Translations under genes and position numbers: made by a program
Shown here: piece after piece, positions 29,910 through 41,018 of the stretch
Layout: every line of letters starts with the position of its first letter
Numbering within the stretch: the stretch's first letter is position 1
Notes under the pieces: model-generated
What the model was told of the DNA's origin: nothing
The model's database searches: none
What the model saw: only the letters and a program-made list of their open reading frames with translations
Source of the DNA: an uncultured Verrucomicrobiae bacterium
Lineage (GTDB): Bacteria > Verrucomicrobiota > Verrucomicrobiia > Limisphaerales > UBA11358
Direction: 5' to 3'
DNA length: 64,000 bases
Assembly: GCA_963845665.1 (NCBI GenBank)
Contig: CAWJTA010000002.1
Location: 2,211,388-2,275,387 of the forward strand

Positions 29910-30521
29910 TCAACGTGGCTCCCCACCGCTGCGGGATCCCCCTCCGTGATTCGGGCTGCGGTTTCCGCCGTAACCTTCGGGATAATACCAGCCTACGCCG
30001 CCGTCCCACCACAGCGGATTAGAACCCCAATACCATCCTGGATAAACAGTGTAATAATAGTCGTCTCCTTGTCGGCTTGTCCAACGGTGAGACTGTCTAA
30101 TGAGCACCACGGGGTACGCGTAAAGGATATTATCCAAATATTGGTCTCGCACGCCGTCCAGCTGTCCGGCCACAGTGATCAGACGTCCGGGCGGGTACGC
30201 CGCTGGGTCGAGAAATTCGGGGCTGGTGGCAATAAAACGCCCGCCGGCGGCGGTATCATCATTTATCGGCCGTTCATTGCGGTTTAGCGGCAATTGGAGC
30301 ACATAAATCTGGCCGCCATTGGTGCCGTTGATTGTTCTAATGATTCTGCCTCCCCAGATGACCGTTGCGCCGCGCGTCGTTTTGGGATTGGCTTGCACCT
30401 GGGTCATAGAAAACGGCCTGGCCTGGTCGCGCAGGCTCTTGTCGAATGGATAACTCACGCACCCCGCCAGCATGGCAATCAGCAGGATCGATCCGATATA
30501 TTTTCCGATGTGCATTTTCAC
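29910..30521 (-). CDS. Slp-family outer-membrane lipoprotein with a Gly/Tyr/Trp-rich C-terminal tail
   Basis: The lipobox is LIAMLAGC. The Slp core is RGATVIWGGRII..GQIYVLQLPL. The tail is YYYTVYPGWYWGSNPLWWDGGVGWYYPEGYGG. Confidence 0.8.
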   Translation of the reverse strand: MKMHIGKYIGSILLIAMLAGCVSYPFDKSLRDQARPFSMTQVQANPKTTRGATVIWGGRIIRTINGTNGGQIYVLQLPLNRNERPINDDTAAGGRFIATSPEFLDPAAYPPGRLITVAGQLDGVRDQYLDNILYAYPVVLIRQSHRWTSRQGDDYYYTVYPGWYWGSNPLWWDGGVGWYYPEGYGGNRSPNHGGGSRSGGEPR

Positions 30522-30660
30522 GCTCCTTGGCTGTAAAAATCGAATCGGTTAGGGAATTTGTCAAAGCAAAGTTTTTAACTGTGAATTCTTTGAACCTGAC
30601 TGGAACCGTGAGACACACGCGTGACAGGACCGCAATTCCCCATTCCGGATTCCGTATTAA

Positions 30661-32784
30661 TTAAAGCCCCACTGCCGCATTCTGGCTAAAGCAATTGGTC
30701 GTTTTCCACAGTTGCCAGTCGTTGGTGATGGTCGCAGCGGAATCGGTGGAAACGTTTGGGGTGGCCGGCCAATTGGTTGGGTCGTACCAGCCCCAGCCAT
30801 CCGGAACCAGTCCATGGGTGGCCTTGTACGCCCACATGGTCCAACTGATTCCCGAAGTATTGTAGTCGTTGATTGAATACTGATAACAGTCTGCGCCCAG
30901 GCCCATGTCATTCCACTCGCCGACGTAATCCGGCACATTCCAGGAAACATGATTTGCAAAATCATCCACCTGGCCATCTGAACCGCCTTCGACCTGGGCG
31001 ACGTCGCCGCCATATTGGTATTCGTGCATTGAATAGACGACGTTGGTCCAGCCGTACGTGGATGGGTCCGGCAGCATACTCCAGTCCCAATTGATGAATG
31101 TTCCCTCCATGATGATGATGTGGTTCGTATCCACGGTGCGAATCGTATTGTAGAGGCTATTGTAAGCGGTCCAAACTTCGGCGGTATTGGTCGCGCCGAC
31201 TGGTTCGTTAATCAAATCGTATCCTGCCACCGTGTTGTTGGTCCGATAATGCGAAGCAATTTGCGACCACATGAAGGCCGTTTCACTTTGATCTGTGCTG
31301 CTGCTCCAGTAGGCGTTCAGGTTTTGCTGGCCTGTATCATCCGAAGTGCTTTGGCTGCCGACGACGCCGTGCATGTCAATCACCACGTAAATGCCGTGGG
31401 CAGTACAATTGGTCACCACCCAGTCCAGCATCGTGAACGCGTCCGGACGCCATCCGGAACTGGTCGTATTGTTGATGGAAAAAAAGTTGCCCCACCAAAC
31501 GGGTACGCGCACGCAATTGAAACCTGCCTGGGCGATATTGTTCAGGTCGGCTGTGGTGATCCAATACGATTGATAATCCCGAATGAGCGTCTGCTCGATA
31601 GCCACGCCGAAACGGCTGTCCAACTCCTTGATAATACTGTACGTGTCAGGCAAACCGCCGCTGTCTGCCGGACACATCCAGGGCTCCATTACGAAATACC
31701 CGCCCAGGTTAAGTCCCGTCAACGTCACAGGCTGGCCATAAGCATTGACAATGGTCGTGCCGCTGGCGCTCAAACGAGTCAGCGGCGGAGCGTTCGTTGA
31801 CATTTGGACGCGATAAAATCGGCTGGCGCCGGCCGGCAGGCCGTTCACCATCTGGACTGAGCCATTGCCCGAAACCGGATTGCCGAGGGAAATCCAGGCC
31901 GGTTCGCTCAGGTTCGTTTTGTATTGCACCTGAAAGTTAAATCCCTTTTGTGTGGGAAATGAGATGATCTGGTTGGTAATCGCGCTCAAACTTGTAATCA
32001 CGAGTGGCTGCGCGAGTTGGATTTGAAATCCATTAATGTCGCCCTCCGCGCTGCCGTTTCCCGTGTAGGTTATGGACAGCGTTCCCGTTCCATCCGACCA
32101 TGCTGCCGGGAAATAGACGTAGTCTATTCCAGGAATAAGCGTGCTGCAGGTCCCGGTCCACGTACTGCTCAACGTGTTGCTATTGACAGTGAAATACGTC
32201 GTGCGTCCATTCGCGCTGGTATTGGCGCCGTTATATAGTGCGAGGTTATAGGCCGTATTTGGCGCCAGGCCGGAAAGCGTGATGGTTTGCGAAACGCCGT
32301 TATTGTAGAGGTAATCTTCCATCAGAGCTGTGTTGGCGCCGCCGGCAAAAGGAGTCGTGCCTCCATAATCAAAAACGTTGTATCCGCCGCCGGAGCTAAA
32401 CACCATTTTGACCGGCGAGACTGTGCCGTCCGAATAAATGAGAGAAATCCCGGTACCGCTGCTGCTGCTGATTCCGTTCCATTGATCGCCCGCCGAGCCC
32501 AGGACCGCCGCCCCGTTCATCGTTGGGCCGGGACTAGGGCCGCCTCCGCCGGCGCTACTGTTCTGGGTGAAATTCACGTCGATTAATTTGGCGTGAAGCG
32601 CGAAGGGGAGGGCCATTACCGTTGCCGCGAACAGAACGCAGAGTGCGGACGCATTGGAGCGTTGAAGCGTTGAAACGTGTTGCGTGTTGCGTGTTGCGTC
32701 AAGAATGACTGAATGTCGTTGTGCGATACTTGACGCGCCACGCGCCACGTACCACGCAATCCGCATTCCGAAAAGTCTTCGCAT
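30661..32784 (-). CDS. Multi-domain GH5 glycoside hydrolase: N1 module, FYRVQ module and GH5 catalytic domain
   Basis: GH5 motifs are GLNLGGYFVMEPWM, NCVRVPVWW, VVIDMHG, DLINEP (acid/base) and YVGEWN (nucleophile). The N-terminal 190 aa are homologous to the N-terminus of 41019..43975. RFYRVQMS is internal. Confidence 0.88.
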   Translation of the reverse strand: MRRLFGMRIAWYVARGASSIAQRHSVILDATRNTQHVSTLQRSNASALCVLFAATVMALPFALHAKLIDVNFTQNSSAGGGGPSPGPTMNGAAVLGSAGDQWNGISSSSGTGISLIYSDGTVSPVKMVFSSGGGYNVFDYGGTTPFAGGANTALMEDYLYNNGVSQTITLSGLAPNTAYNLALYNGANTSANGRTTYFTVNSNTLSSTWTGTCSTLIPGIDYVYFPAAWSDGTGTLSITYTGNGSAEGDINGFQIQLAQPLVITSLSAITNQIISFPTQKGFNFQVQYKTNLSEPAWISLGNPVSGNGSVQMVNGLPAGASRFYRVQMSTNAPPLTRLSASGTTIVNAYGQPVTLTGLNLGGYFVMEPWMCPADSGGLPDTYSIIKELDSRFGVAIEQTLIRDYQSYWITTADLNNIAQAGFNCVRVPVWWGNFFSINNTTSSGWRPDAFTMLDWVVTNCTAHGIYVVIDMHGVVGSQSTSDDTGQQNLNAYWSSSTDQSETAFMWSQIASHYRTNNTVAGYDLINEPVGATNTAEVWTAYNSLYNTIRTVDTNHIIIMEGTFINWDWSMLPDPSTYGWTNVVYSMHEYQYGGDVAQVEGGSDGQVDDFANHVSWNVPDYVGEWNDMGLGADCYQYSINDYNTSGISWTMWAYKATHGLVPDGWGWYDPTNWPATPNVSTDSAATITNDWQLWKTTNCFSQNAAVGL
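32659..32700. repeat. GTTGAAGCG/GTTGCGT word array inside the predicted N-terminal leader of the GH5 gene
   Basis: gcgttgaagcgttgaaacgtgttgcgtgttgcgtgttgcgtc is translated as ..TRNTQHVSTLQRSNA upstream of the hydrophobic signal core. Confidence 0.8.
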
Positions 32785-32822
32785 GTCGCCTGAAATCTGA
32801 ATTTTAAAGGATCAGCATCCAA

Positions 32823-33995
32823 TCACGCGGGAAATCGTTCCGGCAGCCAGCCCCGCTCGACGCAATATCGAAAATTCCAGGCGCCCTCCGCTTTCATCTT
32901 GTAGCTCCAGAAAAACCAGCCGCGGCTATTTTCAAAACTCAACAGTTGCGCGTCCGCATACGCGCCCGTCACCAGTTCCTCCTGAAAGGACGATAAATCG
33001 CGGGTAGACGGATAAGGCAGGGCCAGCGACCATTCGCCCACAAGCGTTGGAAGTTCCTCCCGTTGCATTTGCTCCAGCGTGCTCTTGCGGTTGAGCGCAA
33101 AAATCAACTGTTCCTGCGCGCTGCGTTGCGCATCTTCCTCGCCAAACGACTGATAAAGATGCGTGTCAATGATGACGTTCGAATACTGCGGTTGTTTCAT
33201 GAAATTCTGCCAGGCCATGGCGCGAAAAGAATCATGAAATATAACTGCCACTTCCATGCCTGCATGTTTACGGATTTCCGAGTATGCATTCTCATAGAAT
33301 TCCTTGAGAGTGGCAATCGGAATCTTCCAAATCGGTTCATTCAACAGTTCGATGCCGTAGAGCGCCGGATGTTTCCCATATCGTTGGGCAAAGGCGCCAA
33401 GGATACGAACCGTTTCGTTGATATTGTTTGGGTCCGTGTGCCAGCCAACGTCACCGGCGCGTCCGCTGTGGTCCCAGCCATTCTGGCTCCCGGGCGCGCC
33501 GTGCAAATCCAGGACCAGTTTCAAATCGTTGCGCAGAGCCTGTTCCAGCGCAAAATCTACGAAATCCGCCGCCGGTACGAAAGGTTTGGGCGCTTCCAGC
33601 GTCCAATAACCCACCGGCAACCGCACCGCATTGAGACCGCAATTCCGTATCCACCGGAAATCGTCTTCTGTGATAAATGTCTCCCGATGTCCCTGAAGAC
33701 GCGAACGCGCCCGATCGCCCAGGGCCAGACACAGGCTGTATTCATCGCCCGCGTCGGTGTCTCGATAGACGTCGGGCACCATCCATTTTTCAAGGACAAG
33801 CCATCCACCGAGATTGACTCCGCGCAAAACAGAAGAATTGTCCGGTTGCTCCGAATTGGTTGCGGAGGCGGGCTTTTGCGCGGCGCTTTGATTTGTTTGG
33901 GCCAACGCTGTGCCCGGTACCCGGACGGTTGCCAGCGCCAGCGCGCTGCCAACGGCATTTTGAATAAATTTTCTGCGGTCAATCATATCTATCAC
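32823..33995 (-). CDS. GH5 family beta-glucanase (exo-1,3-beta-glucanase-like) with a twin-arginine signal
   Basis: [17 protein letters not shown] is a Tat motif. GH5 motifs are [42 protein letters not shown] and VGEWS. The GTG start overlaps the pseudopilin stop (GTGA). An alternative ATG lies at 33986. Confidence 0.88.
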   Translation of the reverse strand: MIDMIDRRKFIQNAVGSALALATVRVPGTALAQTNQSAAQKPASATNSEQPDNSSVLRGVNLGGWLVLEKWMVPDVYRDTDAGDEYSLCLALGDRARSRLQGHRETFITEDDFRWIRNCGLNAVRLPVGYWTLEAPKPFVPAADFVDFALEQALRNDLKLVLDLHGAPGSQNGWDHSGRAGDVGWHTDPNNINETVRILGAFAQRYGKHPALYGIELLNEPIWKIPIATLKEFYENAYSEIRKHAGMEVAVIFHDSFRAMAWQNFMKQPQYSNVIIDTHLYQSFGEEDAQRSAQEQLIFALNRKSTLEQMQREELPTLVGEWSLALPYPSTRDLSSFQEELVTGAYADAQLLSFENSRGWFFWSYKMKAEGAWNFRYCVERGWLPERFPA

Positions 33996-34933
33996 TGGAT
34001 CGGAGCTGTGGACACCGAATTAAGCCATGCCAAATCTCCACACCCGGGCTGGGCCAGCACATTGTCCGTATTGCCAGTGGGCGAAGTCGGTCTTTCGTTG
34101 ATCATTGAACCATCCGTCCAACGCCGGGGCTCCGAATGACCGTCAGCGTAGGAAAATTGACTGGAGCGCCCGTGCAACACCGCCGGACTATTAACCCAGC
34201 TTGTCGTTTCCGAGGGATTAACAGCAAAAAAGCCGTCGTCAATGCTGTAGGGGCATTCTTCAACAAAGACAAAAATCTTGCTCGGGCCCGGGTGGGTCAT
34301 GTTCGGCAGCCTGGTATAAATATAGTAACCAGTGGTAGGACCCCCGTTCCACGGCGTGGAAAGATAACCCGGCGCATCCATCGGCTGAACCCAATCATTC
34401 ATCGAATAGGTGCGCATCGCTGGAGCGGTGAAAGCCGTGGCGCCACGGGGAACTGTGGTGAGGTCAGCCGGACACTTGTATATACTGACGTTATTGACAT
34501 ACGGATAGAGCAAACCGGCCATGATCCACCAGCTTTGGACGCTGCCCCCCAGATATTTGGTGCCCGGGGTGGTGTCTGCGGCGGTCTGCATATTGCCCGG
34601 ACACCAATCGGCGTTTGCTCCTCCGGGCTGCAGTGACGGTTCAATCCGGGGATCTCCGCTGTAATTGACCCCGCTGGCGCCGTTCAGACCACGGTTGGGC
34701 ACAAGATTATCCTGATTGTCATTGGCATACATCAGCCACGCCAATGACAACTGATGCTCATTGTTCAGGCACCGGATTGCCTGGGCCCTCTTCTGCGCCT
34801 GGGCCAGCACCGGCAGCAATATCCCCGCCAGAATGGCGATGATGGCAATCACCACTAATAGTTCGATTAGCGTGAAAGCGCGACGGTTTCCGCCCAATTT
34901 TGAACCCAAATTCGATCCAGTTTTCATCCGCAT
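33992..34933 (-). CDS. Prepilin-type H-X9-DG (DUF1559-like) pseudopilin
   Basis: [27 protein letters not shown], and [13 protein letters not shown]. It is about 75% identical by eye to 44118..45029. Confidence 0.9.
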   Translation of the reverse strand: MRMKTGSNLGSKLGGNRRAFTLIELLVVIAIIAILAGILLPVLAQAQKRAQAIRCLNNEHQLSLAWLMYANDNQDNLVPNRGLNGASGVNYSGDPRIEPSLQPGGANADWCPGNMQTAADTTPGTKYLGGSVQSWWIMAGLLYPYVNNVSIYKCPADLTTVPRGATAFTAPAMRTYSMNDWVQPMDAPGYLSTPWNGGPTTGYYIYTRLPNMTHPGPSKIFVFVEECPYSIDDGFFAVNPSETTSWVNSPAVLHGRSSQFSYADGHSEPRRWTDGSMINERPTSPTGNTDNVLAQPGCGDLAWLNSVSTAPIQ

Positions 34934-34953
34934 TAACTTTAACCCTTCATTGC

Positions 34954-37782
34954 TTACTGAGCTTGTACCCGGTAAAACCGTTTCACTCCGTTGCTCGTGC
35001 TGTCGGTGACCGTCTCAACGGCGCCATTACCGGTTACGCTGGTCAAAGTCTGCCAATTGGCTGCGTTCAAACTGGTGCTGTAATACACTGTATAACTATG
35101 GCCGCTTTGGGTCGGGAATTGAATCGAAACGGTTGTGCCACTGACCGAAGCGCTGGCACGGAACAGCGATGCCGCCGCATAGGGCGTAAACATGTAGAAG
35201 TGGCCATTGATGCTCCCTGCGGCCAGGCCTGACGGAGCGGTCACCTGGAGCGTTTCAACCCCACCCATGGAAAGCGTCACCGGTTGGCCATTGGCGCCGG
35301 TCAACGGTACCCAGTGCCAGGATTGGAACCCGTTGGCGTTGGGATCGGCAAAATTGCCCAGCAGTTGGGTAGTTTGACTGGTCGTTCCCTGTCCCGCCGT
35401 CACCAGACTCACGGTCGTATTGGTATATGGCGTTGAGCTCGCCAGACGGCCCCAGATACGATAGGTATTTGTCGGGAAGGTGCGCGTGTAATTGAGCCAT
35501 GTCCCAGGCGTCCACCAGGCGACGTCATAGTCCACATTGGTCGCGGGAACGGACTCATCGGGAACATACTCGAAGGGCGGTTGAGCGCCGGGCCCCTCGT
35601 TATAGAACTTGTCACGCAGGAAGTCGGAGGTCACTTCCGTGCCGGCGGCGTCGGAAACCACCGAAACGTTCCCAGGGGTGTTGCCATCCACCCGGTAGAG
35701 GTACGTCTCCCCGGTAACATTGGTCGTGGTATAATCTATCCCGTACTCGGCTGAGTTGTCTGGGTCGCCTCCGGGGTAGTAGTAATAGCTGTTTGTAGCC
35801 GGAACGGCCGTTGCCGTTTGAATGGAATTATCAATCCATTGACCCCCATTGAAATCAAATTCGTCAGCTTCGACCATCAGGTTATTTTGGCTGAAGTTGT
35901 CAAACGTTTCGGTGTAAGTGTTGGAATGTCCCGCGGCATCGGTCGCCGTAATGGTCGCCGTATAAACGCCCTGTTGCGAAAGGGGAAGGCCCAACCACCA
36001 ATTGGTCGAGTTGCCGCTGATGCTCAATTGGGATGAGACATTAACCCCGTTGAGCGTGACGTGGATATTGTTTTGGTTGACGGTACTGATAGCGGTCGTC
36101 ACGCCAAAGGTCAATTCGTTGGTCGTTTCAAAAGGCTGCAAACCATCGGGATAAACGTTGACGATGGCCGGCGGAGTATTGCTGCCGGGCACCAGCATAA
36201 AGAAATTCGCGTTGATGCCTCCGCCTAAAGGCCCGGAGGTGACGCGCAGCGTCGTCTGCCCGTTTAACTTAACCGCCAGCAAATTTCCCCATGGGTCCGT
36301 CAAGGGCACGAAATTAAAACTATTCCAGCCGCGCGCGGTAAACTGGAACATTCCCAATTGCGTTAGCGTCTGGTTTGTCGTGCCCTGGCCGCTGGTCACC
36401 ACCGAGAGAGCGGAATTGGCCAGCCCGCCGTTTCCGTTGGCTAGCCGTCCATAAATATTGTACGTGCCCGCCGGGTACGTGTGCGTATAATTCACCCAGT
36501 TGCCCGGATTAAAATATCCAATCAGATAGTCTGGAATGCCTGCAGCTACGAATTGGGCGCGCGGCGTATCTCCCGCCCCGGTGATGGATACTTCATCGTT
36601 CGTCCGCCAAAGGTGCGGCTGATTTGTGGGGTTAAAATTGGGCACGTATTCATCGACATTCGTCAGCCCCACAGTGTTGTAATAGCTTTGCGCGCTGTTG
36701 AGAGAAAGCACCGGATTATCAATGAATTGGCCGCCGTTAAAGTCAAAGTCCTCCGCCTCCCAGGTGAAATTGTTTGTGCTGAATGTGTCAAACAGCAGCG
36801 GAGCGCTCGTTCCCTCGCCGGCTTCGTTGGTAACGGTGATTTCGCCGGTATAGTTTAGGTTTGGCTGAAGATTCGTGTACGAAACGCTCACGTTCTCCGT
36901 GCCCGCGCCCGAGACGACGAGATTGCTGGAAACGTTTACGCCATTCAAAATCAGTTGAACCCCCTTTGCAACGACGGGAGACGACGGAGAATTAACAGTG
37001 AAACTCAGCTTATTGGTTGCATTGAATAGGGCCGTATTATCGTTGAGCGAAATATTGTTGATGGCCAATTCGGGCGCGACGGTCAGATTATTGAAAGCCA
37101 TGTCGCTGCCGTTGCCCGCGCCGAAGTTAAAAACGTCTATGCCAACCAATTGGCCACTGAACGTCCCGCTCCAACTGTCCGAACCGCACACGGCGGAATA
37201 GGTGTTGGTGCCGGTGATGGTGAACGAGATGTTGAACTCACTTTGATATTGATATCCCATGCTCCCGGCGCTCACATCCGTAGAGCCGGCGTCGCTGTAA
37301 AAATAGCCATTGCCCGTGTAGGGATAGCTGGAATTAGGCTCGCCACCGAAGATTCCAAAAGTAACGGCGTAGCCGGAGCTATTGAGCAGGCTGACGCCGA
37401 CATCTCGGCCAGGATCTACGGCGCGCATTTCGAAATTAACCGAAACCGTTTGACCGACGCTTAATGAGCCGCCGGCAAAAATATTGCTGGCTTCAATAAA
37501 GCCGCCGTCACCTGTAGAGAGGGTGTTCGGAGAACTCCAGATTTGCCATCCGGATAGGGTTTCGCCGCTAAAGGCCGTGCCATAATATGCCCCGGAAATG
37601 CCGCCACCCGTGACACCCGGATTCTGGGCAATCGTCCAGACGTTCACCGGATTGTTGTTTTGGTCCGAGCCATCCGGTTGGCTGCCCGGAGTGGCGGTTG
37701 CAGTATATGAAAAGGTATTGGACGCGGAGGCCACTCTTACGGCACACGTCACGGCAATCAGAATTGAGAGGATTCGTTTCAT
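34954..37782 (-). CDS. Large secreted scaffold-like protein A: unique N-terminal domain, two (Ig-like plus CBM6/35-like) units, and a C-terminal FYRVQ module
   Basis: Signal peptide [20 protein letters not shown]. The unit ..[37 protein letters not shown]...N.FML and its variant [31 protein letters not shown] resemble sugar-binding beta-sandwiches. It ends KRFYRVQAQ. Confidence 0.85.
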   Translation of the reverse strand: MKRILSILIAVTCAVRVASASNTFSYTATATPGSQPDGSDQNNNPVNVWTIAQNPGVTGGGISGAYYGTAFSGETLSGWQIWSSPNTLSTGDGGFIEASNIFAGGSLSVGQTVSVNFEMRAVDPGRDVGVSLLNSSGYAVTFGIFGGEPNSSYPYTGNGYFYSDAGSTDVSAGSMGYQYQSEFNISFTITGTNTYSAVCGSDSWSGTFSGQLVGIDVFNFGAGNGSDMAFNNLTVAPELAINNISLNDNTALFNATNKLSFTVNSPSSPVVAKGVQLILNGVNVSSNLVVSGAGTENVSVSYTNLQPNLNYTGEITVTNEAGEGTSAPLLFDTFSTNNFTWEAEDFDFNGGQFIDNPVLSLNSAQSYYNTVGLTNVDEYVPNFNPTNQPHLWRTNDEVSITGAGDTPRAQFVAAGIPDYLIGYFNPGNWVNYTHTYPAGTYNIYGRLANGNGGLANSALSVVTSGQGTTNQTLTQLGMFQFTARGWNSFNFVPLTDPWGNLLAVKLNGQTTLRVTSGPLGGGINANFFMLVPGSNTPPAIVNVYPDGLQPFETTNELTFGVTTAISTVNQNNIHVTLNGVNVSSQLSISGNSTNWWLGLPLSQQGVYTATITATDAAGHSNTYTETFDNFSQNNLMVEADEFDFNGGQWIDNSIQTATAVPATNSYYYYPGGDPDNSAEYGIDYTTTNVTGETYLYRVDGNTPGNVSVVSDAAGTEVTSDFLRDKFYNEGPGAQPPFEYVPDESVPATNVDYDVAWWTPGTWLNYTRTFPTNTYRIWGRLASSTPYTNTTVSLVTAGQGTTSQTTQLLGNFADPNANGFQSWHWVPLTGANGQPVTLSMGGVETLQVTAPSGLAAGSINGHFYMFTPYAAASLFRASASVSGTTVSIQFPTQSGHSYTVYYSTSLNAANWQTLTSVTGNGAVETVTDSTSNGVKRFYRVQAQ

Positions 37783-38075
37783 TCGGTTTTGTTTCGGTTC
37801 AATCAAACACAATATTGCTGTATAAGGACGGCGGCTAATGCTGCCATCATCTCATACTGTCGCCGTAGCCGCACCACTCTTTTGGGTAGGTGCCTGAGCA
37901 GCAGGCTTTTTACAGGCTTATTCCGGGTCAAAATTGCCGCTAAAACATTGAGATTTCCCGAAAACATGCAACCAACGGATTTTTCAATAATAGATAAGCC
38001 CACTCGAAAGGGTGGGGCGCCATTATCAGGGCTTTCGGTACGGAAAATTTCCCGCCATTGACTTAAATCCAAAAA

Positions 38076-40298
38076 TTGACAATTTTTGGGGGAACCCATC
38101 CAGCCAGAACAGCCGCAGCCATGACCGAAGGCGAACTGTCAGGAACAGAAACGAAAGACTTTCACCGCTTGCCATTTATTGGCCCGCGCATGCGCGCCCT
38201 TGCGCGCGTTAGGACGGCCTGGTATCGGATAGCGCTGACGGGAGTATTTGCGTTGATGGCTTTCACAGATCACGCGCAAACGAATTGGGAATTAAATTCA
38301 ATCGCCGAGGTTCGCGCGCTGACTCCGGAGCAGGCACAGCAAAAAATTCCAGTTCACCTCAACGCCGTGGTGACTTTTGTTTCGAAAGATATTTATTCCT
38401 GTTTTGTCGAGGACGCGACGACTGGAATTTTCGTGGCTATTCCGACCCTTCCACAGGATCTTTGGCCGGCGAAGCTGGAGCCCGGGCAGACGGTCGAGAT
38501 CGTGGGCACGACCAGCCCCGGCGAATACGCACCGACCGTAACTGCGGAGCGCATGATGGTGACGGGTCGGCGGGAATTACCTTCTCCGAAAAGCGTCCCA
38601 TACGATCAGCTCGCCACCGGCGCAGAGGACAGCCAGTTTGTGGAAATCGGCGGTGTTGTGCGTTCGCTGCGGAAGTTTGCCATGACCGATCTTTATGAGA
38701 TGCAAATTGTCACCGGCGGCGGACGAATGCTCGTTTATGCCAAAAATTTGCCGGTGACACAACCGGACGAATTGGTCGATAGCAGCGTGCGCGTGCGAGG
38801 CGTGTGTACGACCATGTTTAACCATCAGCGACAATTGTTTGCCGTTGAGTTGATGGTTCCGCGCGAGGAGGATTTGCAGGTCGAAATCCCGGCGGCGCAA
38901 CATCCATTTGAAATGCCGTCCCGGTCAATAGGAAGCCTGTTCCAATTCACGCCGCAGGAAAATTATGGCCACCGCGTAAAGCTCACCGGCACAGTCACGC
39001 TGTTTGTCCCGGGCAAATTATATTTGCAGGATGAACACCGCGGCGTGCTGGCTGAGACAAAAGGCGCCGAGCCGCTTGCGCCCGGCGACATTTTGGAAGT
39101 GCTCGGCTTTCCGAGTCAGGGCGATTACACACCGATGTTGCAGGACGCTGTCTATCGTAAAATTAGATCTTCCTCCCCGCCGGCGGCGGTGCGCGTGACC
39201 ACTGATGATGCGCTCTCCGGGAATTTCGACAGCGAACTCGTCCAAATTTCCGCGCGCGTGATCGATCGGACCTGGCGTGGCAACGAGCAATTTCTGCTGT
39301 TGCAGGATAGCAATGTGATATTTCAAGCCAACCTGGAGGGCGCGGGCGGTGCGGACAATTTTGCCGGCGTGGAAAACGGCTGCATAGTCTCAGTGACTGG
39401 CGTTTGCCGTATCGAACCCGGTGGGGGGTGGGTTCCCGGCCCGGTTTGGCGCGCAAAGTCATTCAACATTTTAATGAGGTCGGCGTCGGACGTGGTGATT
39501 CTGCAATCACCTCCGTGGTGGACATTGCAAAAGGTTTTGTGGATGTCCGGAGGGCTGGCGTTTATCGCGGTTGCGGCATTCGGCTGGGTCGGCGTGCTGC
39601 GGCGGCAGGTCGCTGAGCGCACGCGGCAGCTTGAGACGGAAATCCAGCAGCGCCAGGCCGCCGAGCGCCGCCGGGAAATCGAGCAGGAGCGTGCCCGGGT
39701 GGCGCATGACTTGCACGATGACCTCGGCACGGGCCTTACCGAGGTCAACATGCTGACATCGCTCGTAAAAAGCCCGGCCACGTCCGTCGCCGAAAAAGAA
39801 CATTACCTTGATGATTTGAGGGAGACCGCGCTACGCATGGTGACTTCGCTGGACGAAATTGTCTGGGCGGTCAACCCGCGCAACGACACCATCGCGTCGC
39901 TGGCCAGCTATTTCGGTTCTTATTCCCGGAGGCTGCTGGACCTGGCATCGGTTTCGTGCGGACTGGACATTTCTGAAGACCTGCCGGAACAACCGCTTGC
40001 CCCTAAATTTCGGCAGGAAATCTTCTTTTCATTCAAAGAAGCGTTGAACAATGTTGTCCGCCACGCGCATGCGACACAGGTACGGTTGCGGATTTTTGTG
40101 CGCGAAGAAAGTTTGATCGTTGAAGTCGCTGATGACGGTCGGGGCCTTGATGGCCGGCCGGGCGCCGCCGGCAGCGATGGCATTGCGAATATGAATGAGC
40201 GGATGCAATCCATTGGTGGCACATGCGAAATCATGAGTGATGCACAGCAAGGCACGACGGTCAGATTTCGCGCGCCGCTGTCACGAAATGAATTATGA
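38076..40298 (+). CDS. Sensor histidine kinase (HisKA_3/NarX-type) with a ~430-aa periplasmic domain
   Basis: H-box RVAHDLHDDLG, N-box EALNNVVRHA, G1 DDGRG and G2 GIANMNERM, with one TM segment (WMSGGLAFIAVAAFGWVGVL). The start is more likely at 38121 or 38190. Confidence 0.88.
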   Translation: MTIFGGTHPARTAAAMTEGELSGTETKDFHRLPFIGPRMRALARVRTAWYRIALTGVFALMAFTDHAQTNWELNSIAEVRALTPEQAQQKIPVHLNAVVTFVSKDIYSCFVEDATTGIFVAIPTLPQDLWPAKLEPGQTVEIVGTTSPGEYAPTVTAERMMVTGRRELPSPKSVPYDQLATGAEDSQFVEIGGVVRSLRKFAMTDLYEMQIVTGGGRMLVYAKNLPVTQPDELVDSSVRVRGVCTTMFNHQRQLFAVELMVPREEDLQVEIPAAQHPFEMPSRSIGSLFQFTPQENYGHRVKLTGTVTLFVPGKLYLQDEHRGVLAETKGAEPLAPGDILEVLGFPSQGDYTPMLQDAVYRKIRSSSPPAAVRVTTDDALSGNFDSELVQISARVIDRTWRGNEQFLLLQDSNVIFQANLEGAGGADNFAGVENGCIVSVTGVCRIEPGGGWVPGPVWRAKSFNILMRSASDVVILQSPPWWTLQKVLWMSGGLAFIAVAAFGWVGVLRRQVAERTRQLETEIQQRQAAERRREIEQERARVAHDLHDDLGTGLTEVNMLTSLVKSPATSVAEKEHYLDDLRETALRMVTSLDEIVWAVNPRNDTIASLASYFGSYSRRLLDLASVSCGLDISEDLPEQPLAPKFRQEIFFSFKEALNNVVRHAHATQVRLRIFVREESLIVEVADDGRGLDGRPGAAGSDGIANMNERMQSIGGTCEIMSDAQQGTTVRFRAPLSRNEL

Positions 40299-40927
40299 TC
40301 GAAGTAGGCATCGTCGAGGATAATAAGACCCTGCGTGAGGGTTTTGAAACCCTGCTCAACCGCACGCCGGGCTTCAAATGCGTCTGCACTTGCGCGACGG
40401 TGGCGGAGGCGCTGAAAAAAATTCCAAAGGCCGCCCCGAATGTGGTGCTCATGGATATTCAATTGCCGGACGCGACCGGCGTGGAGTGCACCGCAAAAAT
40501 CAAGGAGATGATGCCAAAACTCCAAATCGTCATCGTAACGGTGTATGAGGATTCGGATAGAATTTTCCAGGCCCTCCGGGCAGGTGCCTGCGGCTATCTG
40601 CTAAAGCGGGCGCGACCGGAAAAAATCATTGCCGCGATCCAGGAGGCGCACGAAGGCGGCGTGCCGATGACACCGGAAATAGCACGTAAGGTTATCGGCC
40701 AATTCCGTCAGCAGGCGGCGACGGCGTCGCAAGTGGAGGACTTGACTGATCGCGAACGGGAAGTTTTGGCCCTCGTCATGCGCGGCCACGGCAATAAGGA
40801 GATTGCCGAGCAACTGGGCGTGACGGTGGCGGCAGTGAAATGGCATCTGCAGCACATCTACGAGAAGCTGCACGTTCATTCGCGGACGGAGGCGGCGTTG
40901 AAATTTAAGGGCGGATATTCCAGGTAA
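40295..40927 (+). CDS. NarL/LuxR-family response regulator
   Basis: The REC domain has VVLMDIQLPD and the C-terminal LuxR HTH is LTDREREVLALVMRGHGNKEIAEQLGVTVAAVKWHL. An ATGA overlap joins it to the kinase stop. Confidence 0.92.
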   Translation: MIEVGIVEDNKTLREGFETLLNRTPGFKCVCTCATVAEALKKIPKAAPNVVLMDIQLPDATGVECTAKIKEMMPKLQIVIVTVYEDSDRIFQALRAGACGYLLKRARPEKIIAAIQEAHEGGVPMTPEIARKVIGQFRQQAATASQVEDLTDREREVLALVMRGHGNKEIAEQLGVTVAAVKWHLQHIYEKLHVHSRTEAALKFKGGYSR

Positions 40928-41018
40928 AACTAACCGTTTGGCTAGCTGGACTTTCCGGGCAGGCACGGGGTAAATTGACCACGATCCCTGGATAACTGCA
41001 ATTATCAACCAACGAATT

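Noticed and set aside
29868-30287. ORF 29868-30287 (+), opposite slp, as a small secreted protein.
   Set aside because: It is antisense to a well-supported Slp lipoprotein gene and has no independent support. The T-rich stretch at its 5' end is the slp 3' flank.
37813-38075. Promoter and operator calls in the divergent region between scaffold A and kinase 1 (two ATTGAC boxes at 38038-38043 and 38057-38062).
   Set aside because: TTGAC matches a generic -35 hexamer. I found no convincing -10 element at proper spacing and no repeat of the box upstream of the other cassettes, so no feature was called.
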